A program made the translations under genes and the position numbers. Positions 1-8,608 of a stretch of DNA of 50,114 bases are shown here, one piece after another. This DNA is from an uncultured archaeon (GTDB taxonomy: Archaea; Thermoplasmatota; Penumbrarchaeia; JASLWR01), in NCBI GenBank assembly GCA_964430885.1, contig CAYSHM010000008.1:73254-123367 (forward strand), in the 5' to 3' direction. Below the pieces are notes generated by a model, which was given only the letters and a program-made list of their open reading frames with translations, made no database searches and was not told the DNA's origin. Every line of letters starts with the position of its first letter. Position 1 is the stretch's first letter.

Positions 1-1125
1 CAGCTGGCAGATACTTCTTGCAGGCATCGCAGTAGTATCTCTTGTACTGCTCGATGAACCTTATCTTACCACTGCAATCGGGGCAGGCAGGTTCAGCGGC
101 AGGCTGAGGGGCAGCTGGTGCCGGTTCGAGCTCTGCTTTCTTGGCATTAGGATCAAAATCCGCGGGCAGATACTTCTTGCAGGCATCGCAGTAGTATCTC
201 TTGTACTGCTCGATAAACCGGATCTTGCCGCTGCAGTCGGGGCACGCGGGTTCTGCCGATTTCTCCTCTACAGCAGGAGCTGCTGCAGGCTCGGGTTCAG
301 GTTGAGGTTCGGGTTCGGGCTTCTTTGCATTGGGATCGAAATCCGCTGACAAATACTTCTTGCAGGCATCGCAGTAGTATCTCTTGTACTGCTCGATGAA
401 CCGGATCTTGCCGCTGCAGTCGGGGCACGCAGGCTCCGCTGGTTTCTCCTCGGCTGCGGGAGCAGGCTCGGGTTCGGGCTTGGCCTCTTCCTTCTTCTCC
501 TCGGGTTTGAAATCCGCTGGCAGGTATTTCTTGCAGGCGTCGCAGTAGTATCTCTTGTACTGCTCGATGAACCGGATCTTGCCGCTGCAGTCGGGGCACG
601 CAGGCTCCGCTGGTTTCTCCTCGGCTGCGGGAGCAGGCTCGGGTTCGGGCTTGGCCTCTTCCTTCTTCTCCTCGGGTTTGAAATCCGCTGGCAGGTATTT
701 CTTGCAGGCGTCGCAGTAGTATCTCTTGTACTGCTCGATGAACCGGATCTTGCCGCTGCAGTCGGGGCACGCAGGCTCCGCTGGTTTCTCCTCGGCTGCG
801 GGAGCAGGCTCGGGTTCGGGCTTGGCCTCTTCCTTCTTTCCCTCGGGTTTTAAATCTGCGGGCAGATACTTCTTACAAGCGTCGCAGTAGTATCTTTTGT
901 ACTGCTCGATGAACCGGATCTTGCCACTACAGTCGGGGCAGGCCGGTTCTGCCGATTTTTCCTCGGCTGCGGGGTCCGGCTCGGGTTCGGGCTTGGCCTC
1001 TTCTTTCTTCTCCTCGGGTTTGAAATCCGCTGGCAGGTATTTCTTGCAGGCGTCGCAGTAGTATCTCTTATACTGCTCGATGAACCGGATCTTACCGCTG
1101 CAGTCGGGACAGGCCGGTTCCGCGG
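1..1125 (-). repeat. Coding tandem repeat, 7 visible units of 159-183 bp (mostly 171 bp = 57 aa)
   Basis: Anchor GCAGTAGTA at 29, 188, 371, 542, 713, 884 and 1055 (spacings 159, 183, 171, 171, 171, 171, all multiples of 3). Units 371-541 and 542-712 read as identical. Confidence 0.95.
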
Positions 1126-1516
1126 CTTTTTCCTCGGGTGTATCTGCGGTTTTTTCAGCGGCCATACATTTCTCCAGACCATCCTTGGCCTTCTCATAAT
1201 CCCCGTTTAAGATCAGTAAGCACGTATAAAGAGCGCAATGTTCCTCATTTGAGGGATCCTTCTGTATGAGTTGATCTATGAAATTCAGTGAATCTTTCAT
1301 CCTACGATTATCTACTGCTTCTCTTCCCAACTCCAGCAGGACCTCAATTTCAAGACGGATATGCTCCACATCGGAGATACCGTGTTTTTTCTTCTTGAGC
1401 TCAATAAAATCCTGCTCTTCGTTCAGGATCACCCCGTCTTCATACGCAATCTTCAGGGCATTCTTGAATTTCTTCTGGTTGTCCGTTATATTTTCATCTT
1501 TTTTCTCTGGAACCAC
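1..1516 (-). CDS. Partial (runs off left edge) protein: TerB-like helical hairpin + TPR-like segment + at least 7 tandem C4 zinc-ribbon repeats with P/E/K/A linkers
   Basis: Not in the ORF track. Manual translation from GTG 1516 (preceded by SD-like GGAGCTGA) gives MVPEKKDENITDNQKKFKNALKIAYEDGVILNEEQDFIELKKKKHGISDVEH...DPSNEEHCALYTCLLILNGDYEKAKDGLEKC, then repeated EPACPDCSGKIRFIEQYKRYYCDACKKYL. No stop before position 1 (about 505 codons). Confidence 0.9.
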   Translation of the reverse strand, partial: MVPEKKDENITDNQKKFKNALKIAYEDGVILNEEQDFIELKKKKHGISDVEHIRLEIEVLLELGREAVDNRRMKDSLNFIDQLIQKDPSNEEHCALYTCLLILNGDYEKAKDGLEKCMAAEKTADTPEEKAAEPACPDCSGKIRFIEQYKRYYCDACKKYLPADFKPEEKKEEAKPEPEPDPAAEEKSAEPACPDCSGKIRFIEQYKRYYCDACKKYLPADLKPEGKKEEAKPEPEPAPAAEEKPAEPACPDCSGKIRFIEQYKRYYCDACKKYLPADFKPEEKKEEAKPEPEPAPAAEEKPAEPACPDCSGKIRFIEQYKRYYCDACKKYLPADFKPEEKKEEAKPEPEPAPAAEEKPAEPACPDCSGKIRFIEQYKRYYCDACKKYLSADFDPNAKKPEPEPQPEPEPAAAPAVEEKSAEPACPDCSGKIRFIEQYKRYYCDACKKYLPADFDPNAKKAELEPAPAAPQPAAEPACPDCSGKIRFIEQYKRYYCDACKKYLPA

Positions 1517-1551
1517 GCATATCAGCTCCCTAAGTATCTCCTCAAATAATA

Positions 1552-2289
1552 TTAACTCTCAATTCTCGGTGCTAGCAAGTAAAGGGCCAAACCATTCTGC
1601 TCGGCCATTGTGAACTTCATTTTAATGGGATGGTCATTTGCCATTTCCAATGTGATAAAATCACTCTTAGCAACAGACCTGATCATCTTTGAAAAATAAT
1701 CCAATGCAAAGGAGCTCTTGATGTGCTCCTTGCAGACCAGTTCCTCAACATTATCCTTGGGAAGTTCGAGTTTTGCTGATCCAGTATCCCCGGTGTTCTC
1801 CACAATGAACTTATCGGGTTCTAATACTAGTCTTATGTGATCGGATATATCCTGAGAAATATCTATTACCTGTTTGAGCTCCTTAGCTTCAATGGTAACG
1901 ATCCCAGGCAGGTTAAGGTCAGGCATCTTCGGTTCTGTAAGGTTGTCAATATCTATAAGAAGCATCTTTCTCTCAATATGGCCAAAGGATATAATCAGCT
2001 CATGAGTAGATTCGGATATTTTCAGCTGAATATCCGTCCCCGATGCAGCCAATTTAAGGAAGCTCCTGAGTTTTTCAATATTCACCCCAAGCTCCACATG
2101 ATCTTCGACTTCATAGGTCTCAAACGCTCCGCTTGTTACTGTCAGATCTATCATGGATATATGACCGGGGTCCACCGCCCTTATGGTCAGTTCCTCAGGC
2201 TGAAAGGTTATCTTTACTTCGTCTATGATGGTTCTTACCACTTCTACTATTTCCTTTAATATCTCTACCTTAGCAACAACGTGAAACAT
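1552..2289 (-). CDS. pcn: DNA polymerase sliding clamp (PCNA)
   Basis: AVDPGHISMIDL near the N-terminus, and SSFALDYF, DHPIKMKF and LYLLAPRIE at the C-terminus; about 245 aa. ATG 2289 follows GAGGAG (ORF track uses upstream TTG 2307). Confidence 0.96.
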   Translation of the reverse strand: MFHVVAKVEILKEIVEVVRTIIDEVKITFQPEELTIRAVDPGHISMIDLTVTSGAFETYEVEDHVELGVNIEKLRSFLKLAASGTDIQLKISESTHELIISFGHIERKMLLIDIDNLTEPKMPDLNLPGIVTIEAKELKQVIDISQDISDHIRLVLEPDKFIVENTGDTGSAKLELPKDNVEELVCKEHIKSSFALDYFSKMIRSVAKSDFITLEMANDHPIKMKFTMAEQNGLALYLLAPRIES

Positions 2290-2375
2290 GGTATCTCCTC
2301 TACCCAATGAATTAATTGTTGAAATCTAACATTTCAGTATGCAATAAACCTAGCTTAGGATTTTGATTTTTCAAC

Positions 2376-2406
2376 TATAACCTATGAGGGTTATAAAACT
2401 TTTCCC
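2376..2406 (-). promoter_or_regulatory. Putative BRE/TATA promoter of pcn with an overlapping palindrome
   Basis: Minus strand reads GGGAAAAG-TTTTATAA. The palindrome TATAACC-N6-GGTTATA (2376-2395) overlaps the TATA box. Confidence 0.45.
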
Positions 2407-2612
2407 TTAAATAATTTATCTTTAGGAAGGAACCTTATTTTCATGTAAAGGATTACTCCCATTACAGAACTACCTGGCATTAAAAATAATCAAAGGAGTT
2501 AAAAGGAGAAAAATTCAATTGTTTTCAATTACGCATCAACCATAAAATTTGATGAATATGAGATTCTTTTATGAAAAAATGACCAAAAGAAATGGTCCTT
2601 GAAGAAAAAACA

Positions 2613-3041
2613 TTAGTTGCCAATAATCTGAACAATGACGGTTCTTGACCGATGCTTTACATCAAGCTCTCCGAAGATTATCTGCTGCCATTTCCCCAGA
2701 ATCATTTTCTTATTGTTGAACGGTACTGTGAGAGAAGGTCCGATCATGGTAGCTCTCACGTGGGAATGGCCGTTACCGTCATCCCAAACATCATGGTGCT
2801 TGTAATGAATGTTTTTAGGAAAAAGCCTTTCAAGAGCTTCTGGGAAATCTGAAACAAGGCCCGGTTCATATTCGATTGTAGTGATTATTCCTGTAGCACC
2901 CGGGACGTGTATATTGACAATTCCGCTATTTATACTGCTCTTGGATAATTCATCAGCTACTTTATCTGTGATGTTTATCAGATCAACTTCTCCCTTAGTT
3001 TCGAATTCAATCTTTCTGCTATCTACTGACACCAATATCAC
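2613..3041 (-). CDS. yjbQ: YjbQ/UPF0047 family protein (secondary thiamine-phosphate synthase-like)
   Basis: Motifs DLINIT, YKHH...DGNGHSHVRA, GPSLTVPF, LGKWQQI.FGELD; 142 aa. Confidence 0.92.
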   Translation of the reverse strand: MILVSVDSRKIEFETKGEVDLINITDKVADELSKSSINSGIVNIHVPGATGIITTIEYEPGLVSDFPEALERLFPKNIHYKHHDVWDDGNGHSHVRATMIGPSLTVPFNNKKMILGKWQQIIFGELDVKHRSRTVIVQIIGN

Positions 3042-3180
3042 TCACCTTCGGATAAACCTTTACAGAAGTCCCGCTTTTTATCAAGGTAAAATCAATCATA
3101 CTATTTAATAATTTGATAGTTTGAAAACTCTTTCGTTAATATGACCAGAATTGCAGTATATCAAGGTTGTTTCGCGTTTT

Positions 3181-3978
3181 CTACTCCTGGGTATTCCTGT
3201 TGCAGAAGGGACAGATCAGATTTGTCTCCTTTATGAAATTGCTGCAATGGGGACAAACCTTCAATTCAGATAATTCCACCTCTTCAAATATCTCTGATCC
3301 CTCATCAATGTCATTATCATTCTCCCCATTATCCGGCTCAATTCCAAGGTTACCAATATCACCACCCTCACCGCCCTTGAGATCTATTTGGATCCCCAAT
3401 TTCAGAACATTGGAGAGCTGTTCTCCGTCAATACCTTCGAGAATTTTCGAAAACTGATCGAAATCTTCAGTGTCTCCAGGAATATCCCCTTCAACTTGTA
3501 TCCCTTTGAAGATATCTTCCAAATCCTTACCTGGTACCTGTCCAAGCATAGGCCCCAACTGTCCCAATAACATCCCTGCCATCTGACCTATGCTGTCAAG
3601 GAAATCATCACCATCTCCATCGCCTTCATTTGAGGAGGACATGTTACCCAGGAACTGCATTATCTCAGATTGATGTCTGGCCATTATATGGTTCATCATT
3701 TGATCCATACCTTTAAAGGACTCTCCGCAGAAAAAGCATCTCTGATTTTCAGTCATTTCGTTTCCCATGAAACGGCGGGCCGATTCTGAGTTTGGATCGG
3801 AGATATCTTGTATTTGTTCAGGAGGACCTTTTTTTTCCGGAGAATCAACTATGACATCCGGTCTTTCATCCTCACCCAAATTGACCGTTCTCCCATGGAA
3901 TTCCTGCATGTGATTCCTGAGGTCCTCTTTGACCCTTGTGCTGTAACCGCAAAGAGTGCAAGTATATTCTTCTACCAA
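3181..3978 (-). CDS. Acidic protein with two C2H2 zinc fingers and a C-terminal C4 zinc ribbon
   Basis: YTCTLCGYSTRVKEDLRNHMQEFH, QRCFFCGESFKGMDQMMNHIMARH and CPHC..CPFC. AAGGTGA SD precedes TTG 3978. Confidence 0.8.
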   Translation of the reverse strand: MVEEYTCTLCGYSTRVKEDLRNHMQEFHGRTVNLGEDERPDVIVDSPEKKGPPEQIQDISDPNSESARRFMGNEMTENQRCFFCGESFKGMDQMMNHIMARHQSEIMQFLGNMSSSNEGDGDGDDFLDSIGQMAGMLLGQLGPMLGQVPGKDLEDIFKGIQVEGDIPGDTEDFDQFSKILEGIDGEQLSNVLKLGIQIDLKGGEGGDIGNLGIEPDNGENDNDIDEGSEIFEEVELSELKVCPHCSNFIKETNLICPFCNRNTQE

Positions 3979-4194
3979 ATCCGTTCACCTTCAAATTCAT
4001 TCAGAGTTTGAATTTTCCGCTTCATTATATTCTAATGGGAAATTTTCTGGAGTTATTGATTTCACGGTATAATATGATTCCTCTCAGGTTTATCAAGCTG
4101 CAAAATATTCAAATAAATACAGAAGCCAGCTTATGCAAGAACGATAACACCACGGTGATAAGATGAAAAGATATTATTGAAATATGTAAGAAGA

Positions 4195-4245
4195 AGAAAA
4201 GAGGCAATGCCGCAATTTGCACATGAGATTCGCGATTCCGGCATT
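4195..4245 (-). terminator. Hairpin + U-rich tract after the 1133-aa gene
   Basis: Inverted repeat AATGCCG...CGGCATT (4206-4245), followed on the minus strand by GCCTCTTTTCTTCTT. Confidence 0.45.
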
Positions 4246-4262
4246 TGTGATGAATTCTATTT

Positions 4263-7200
4263 TCACTTTCCAGGTTCACTGCCGGATCTCTTCTTGAATA
4301 TGTATATACCCGCTCCTATGGAACCGGCAATTACGATTATAAGAATAATTATCCAAGCTGTTGAAATACCGCCCATCTCGTAGGGATGGCTTCCCGCACC
4401 GTAAACGTTATGACCGTTCACCGATGTCCCTGCTTCTAGTGCCACGGGTTTCTCCCAGGCATTGTTGGGTGTGAACATAACTATATCCGGATCTCCGTAA
4501 TAAACCAGATTCTCGAAAATATCCCACCAGCCTCCGTCCTCAACGAGATACTGAATACCCACATGGGTTATTCCTCTGACATAGGATTCGCCAACCGTAT
4601 ATCCCCCGGTGGCCTGATCTTTAGCGAACATCTCCATTGCGAAGGATGAATACCATGAGGTGAGCCAGGGATCTATGATTTGAAATACACTTCCATGCCT
4701 CATCATAGTAAGATGCAGATATGTATTGGCTATCAGACAGGAGCCTGCAGAAAAACCCACAGAATAGATGTTGTCAAGAGCATCATCGAACATATAGCCG
4801 TCCTGAAGGCCGGTCTGGCCCTGCTGCAGAATAGCGATTATAACACCGTCGTGGGTTTCGGGTATCACCCCAAGTCCTGATTTCGGACTCGTGGAAGGCT
4901 GTATGTCAAGACCGTAATATTTGCTCATGGTCACTACATCAGGGTTCTCTGTGCAGCCCCTCATCCTTGTTAGGTCCTGGAGCGGGTTGGCGCCTATGAT
5001 GCCATCACTCCCAATACTGACCAGGGGAATTCCGTTCTCCTCATAACCCCTCCAGGGATTGGGTTCGGTCTGGTCGGTATTCCAGAATCCCACGATACCT
5101 CCGTCTCTTGATCCGCCGTGCATGACCTCATACCACATTATCACACCGCGGTTCAGATTTTCCATTGTTGTGTCGAAATTGGTAGTAAGCGCCTCGCCGA
5201 AATTCCCTTCTTTGGAATACTCGCTGACTATCTCGGATGTGGTTATATCCGGGTAATTCCCTCCGCTGACCTTTGCATCAATGGGATCTGGCGAATCAGT
5301 GTAATAAGGAGTTATCCCGGTCCTGGTGGTATATGGACATCCCCAATAATCCGCCGCCAATTCGTTGAACCTGTGCTGATAGGAAACCCAGGATTCCAAT
5401 ATTGGATTGTCAAGAACCTCCTCTCTCTCGGGCTCGGTAATAGTTAGCTTTCCTGCGATCCTGGTGGAAGAAGAACCTACAATCCGTTTTCCGTCATGCT
5501 GATCCAGTTCGGGAGAAACTGCCGGGTTTGCATAGATTACATAGGGATAAAAGGCTGATCGTGATATCCAATAGGCAGTGTCAACAGGAGTGCCCATTAT
5601 TCTACCAGGATAGGCAACGGTGGTGAACATCCTGTCCCAGGCAGTTCCAATATCGAATTGACCCGCAACTGTCAGAATGGATTCAGCGACACCAGGCACA
5701 TCAAGGTCGTGAGTGTTCATGTATTCATAGACCCTCTCACCAGTGAGTATCATGCAGGCTACAGAAGGGGCTCCTCTTCCTGCAAATGCCTTTTTCCAGA
5801 ATATATTGTGCCATGTCTGGGAGCACGATATTTCAGGTATAATATCGGGAATTATAAGGGGTGTACCGTGGAAGGCCGCAGCATATGCACCTGGACCCAA
5901 ATAAAGGGCCTTAGGGTGCTCGGCCTCGGGTCCGCTGGATCCTCCAATCCATGAATCCCACGGATTGATGGTTGAGAAAACCACATCGTTGCCCCAGGTA
6001 TTGTTCACCGCCGACATATGTTTAACCTTTGTGTAAATACTTCCCAGATCCTTGTATTCCCTTATATCCAAGCCAGTCTGGTAGAATGACCGGACATCCT
6101 CTATCCTCTCCTTGATATTGGGAGCATATCTATCAAGGTTTACAAGTGAGACCTGGCGGACCCCGAGTTTGTTCAAAGCCTCCTTTGTGGCTGCAGGAAC
6201 CGATCCAGTTCTTGTATACAGAAGAGGAGCGTTCATCATTGATCCCAGAACTGCACCCTGCCCTGCGGAGGTTAGGGCCAATCCTTCCTTGTCGGAACGG
6301 GTTTGCTCCCACTTGTAGCTAACAGTAAAATCGGTAGAACTGGACCCTGAGCCTAGATTTACGACACTGATCTTGTGCTCCCCGATACCCAGTTCTGAAA
6401 GCTCTATCTTCTTAGTAGCCTCGCTTGAAACATCCGACGCGATCTCAGCTCCGGAAGGGCCCAAAATGATGAGCCCAAGATCCCGGGTATTTTTCGATTC
6501 TAGGGTGAACTCGATATTTCGTGCGGAAAAGGGAACCCTGTCGGGTATGGGTATGTCCACTCCAGGGTACATTGTGAGATCTATTGTATAGGGTGTTTCC
6601 TCCTCCAGGGGTGCATCAGGTTCCAGCGATGATATCAGATCTTCCACACCTTTTTCCTCTTCCTGCTCCAAGGCTAGTTTGAGTTCCTCCCTGACCTTGT
6701 CCACATCGACATCCAAAGAGAACACCTCTTCAGTGGGCATGTATGTAACAGCCACCTTCCATTCACCGGCATTGTATGCATAGGAATTGATCTCCTCCTT
6801 GGGACCTGTAAGGGGGTTCCAGTTCTCCGATGCAGCCACCTGGCCTATCTTCTTGTCATACAGCTGCATATCCGGGTCCTTGCCTCTCTCAATGAGGTTT
6901 CTGATCATCTCCGGTTCCCAGTCCTCACCCCAGATCATCAGGGCATTAATGTATTTGTAACCCTCCTCAACCTCGAAATCGTGGTCATTCGGGGCTACGG
7001 GGTTGGGCTGTTTACTGCCCTTTATGGTCATTGTCGATATTGATTTGTTGGGTGTGGAACCGTTCACCTTTCCGATGGTTACCTGCGGTTCATATTTATA
7101 CTCCTCTTCAATTGGTACCAGCACCGCCGTATCACTGTACTCCCAGTTGGTCAAGGCGATTTTCGAGGCCATATTGTAAGGATCGGTCTCGTCGTTGATC

Positions 7201-7664
7201 ATGGAATCATTCCCGCCCCAGTGGTTTTGTGCATTGGTAATCTGTGATTGGTCCATATTGATGTATTCAACCACGTCCAGATTGCCCGCTACGGTTGTAA
7301 AATCCTGCATAAAATAGTCCAGACCCTGAAAATCGTTATAGGTGCGCTCCTCCTTAGTGTCTGCATCGAAGGGATCATTGTAGTATAGAAGGGGATTGGA
7401 GAAGATAGTATCGCTGGATCGATCATAGAACACTGACGCCGGGACGGATGCCAGATAACCATAGTCATCCAGATATGAATTCTCATCAAAACCCACAAAA
7501 GTAGCTTTGTTGGCAACAGACATCCGATTCCAGCTGATGGAATCAAAAGTGGGGGACCTAACCTTTCTTTGCGAGGGCATACCGCTTTCAAAACAGCCGG
7601 CTGTGAGGACTGTGCCTATGAAGAGCCAGACACAGATCAATACTAGGATCTTTTTCATCTTCAT
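4263..7664 (-). CDS. Membrane-anchored putative lipoprotein with CW_binding_2-like segments and a C-terminal peptidase C25 (gingipain)-like domain
   Basis: N-terminal signal ending LTAGC; GAVLGSMMNAPLLYT..VPAATKEALNKLG; LNRG..W...MHGG; FSAGSCL; YTVGESY; LVYYGDPD; C-terminal TM followed by KKR. Confidence 0.7.
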   Translation of the reverse strand: MKMKKILVLICVWLFIGTVLTAGCFESGMPSQRKVRSPTFDSISWNRMSVANKATFVGFDENSYLDDYGYLASVPASVFYDRSSDTIFSNPLLYYNDPFDADTKEERTYNDFQGLDYFMQDFTTVAGNLDVVEYINMDQSQITNAQNHWGGNDSMINDETDPYNMASKIALTNWEYSDTAVLVPIEEEYKYEPQVTIGKVNGSTPNKSISTMTIKGSKQPNPVAPNDHDFEVEEGYKYINALMIWGEDWEPEMIRNLIERGKDPDMQLYDKKIGQVAASENWNPLTGPKEEINSYAYNAGEWKVAVTYMPTEEVFSLDVDVDKVREELKLALEQEEEKGVEDLISSLEPDAPLEEETPYTIDLTMYPGVDIPIPDRVPFSARNIEFTLESKNTRDLGLIILGPSGAEIASDVSSEATKKIELSELGIGEHKISVVNLGSGSSSTDFTVSYKWEQTRSDKEGLALTSAGQGAVLGSMMNAPLLYTRTGSVPAATKEALNKLGVRQVSLVNLDRYAPNIKERIEDVRSFYQTGLDIREYKDLGSIYTKVKHMSAVNNTWGNDVVFSTINPWDSWIGGSSGPEAEHPKALYLGPGAYAAAFHGTPLIIPDIIPEISCSQTWHNIFWKKAFAGRGAPSVACMILTGERVYEYMNTHDLDVPGVAESILTVAGQFDIGTAWDRMFTTVAYPGRIMGTPVDTAYWISRSAFYPYVIYANPAVSPELDQHDGKRIVGSSSTRIAGKLTITEPEREEVLDNPILESWVSYQHRFNELAADYWGCPYTTRTGITPYYTDSPDPIDAKVSGGNYPDITTSEIVSEYSKEGNFGEALTTNFDTTMENLNRGVIMWYEVMHGGSRDGGIVGFWNTDQTEPNPWRGYEENGIPLVSIGSDGIIGANPLQDLTRMRGCTENPDVVTMSKYYGLDIQPSTSPKSGLGVIPETHDGVIIAILQQGQTGLQDGYMFDDALDNIYSVGFSAGSCLIANTYLHLTMMRHGSVFQIIDPWLTSWYSSFAMEMFAKDQATGGYTVGESYVRGITHVGIQYLVEDGGWWDIFENLVYYGDPDIVMFTPNNAWEKPVALEAGTSVNGHNVYGAGSHPYEMGGISTAWIIILIIVIAGSIGAGIYIFKKRSGSEPGK

Positions 7665-7953
7665 ATCTCCTATTGGTAGGATTTATCAGTTTATGATTTG
7701 AAAAATTTGATAGACGTCTATTAATTGAAACGAATTGAACTATCATTAATCTAGCAAGCATTTATTTAATTTTCTATCCCATATGATATAATGACCACAA
7801 TATTCCGTTCGTTGCAGACGTATTAAATAAATATTACATTGTTATATTATAGATTTGCCGCATCTTTTTGCCGCTGGAATATTATTGCCTTTTCTCAGTG
7901 ATTGTTCTGCGGCTGAATTCTCCGTTTTGAGAATTAATGATCTATGGGTTGTA

Positions 7954-8412
7954 TCAGCGTGATCTCATTCTCAGGTGCATTTCCTGAACCATTTTCATTT
8001 CCCTTTTCTCGGACCCAGTTTTGGGTTCTATCTGAGGCATTTCTACAAGGTTCCCTTCATCATCTAATGCCACCATGAAAAAAAATGCGGTACAGCAATG
8101 CTTGGAAACCCAGGTCTTCCGCTCCCTGGAAATAGCCTCTACCCTAATACCCAGGGTGTGGATGGAGGTATAGACAACCCTAGCTTCAACCTCTATCACA
8201 TAGCCCACCTTGATGGGGGTTAAAAAGCGGATATTATCTATGCTGGCTGTAACAAACTCCTCATGAGCGTACTTGGAAGCGCATATTCCCGCGGCCTTGT
8301 CCATGATGGATATCAATCGGCCCCCGAACATAGTACCGTAACTGTTGGTATCTCCGGGGAATACCTCTGTCACCATTTTCAGAGGAGATTCATCGAAGGG
8401 TTTCTTGTTCAT
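7954..8412 (-). CDS. Acyl-CoA thioesterase (HotDog fold, YciA-like)
   Basis: VFPGDTNSYGTMFGGRLISIMDKAA, VTASIDNIRFLTPIKVG and FFMVALDDEG. Confidence 0.93.
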   Translation of the reverse strand: MNKKPFDESPLKMVTEVFPGDTNSYGTMFGGRLISIMDKAAGICASKYAHEEFVTASIDNIRFLTPIKVGYVIEVEARVVYTSIHTLGIRVEAISRERKTWVSKHCCTAFFFMVALDDEGNLVEMPQIEPKTGSEKREMKMVQEMHLRMRSR

Positions 8413-8608
8413 GCGTTCATCGTAATAATCCTCTCAATTATTAACATTTATCTAATAATGTATGATTCATACAACCGCAGATCTGATTACTACTTACTTG
8501 CCGGCTGTTTTTTATTTAAATTAAAAATATCTTCAAAGGTTTATATAATCCCTTCATATGACTTGATATAACAATATATCAATTTGATAACATAAGAAGG
8601 TGAACTGG

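Noticed and set aside
1055-1085. PIP box in the repeat (QYKRYY)
   Set aside because: Spacing does not fit Q-x-x-[LIM]-x-x-[FY]-[FY], and the segment lies inside the zinc ribbon.
1-1125. CRISPR array or DGR template/variable repeat
   Set aside because: Units are in-frame coding with homologous linkers rather than unique spacers. Differences in the core are synonymous, not adenine-specific. No cas or reverse transcriptase gene is in the window.
297-1197. Track ORFs 297..770 and 850..1197 (-) with repetitive sequence
   Set aside because: Alternative-frame shadows of the real zinc-ribbon repeat gene (frame starting at 1516).
1494-1520. ATG at 1520 as start of the repeat gene
   Set aside because: That frame stops after 8 codons (MRGSREKR*). 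The long frame begins at GTG 1516.
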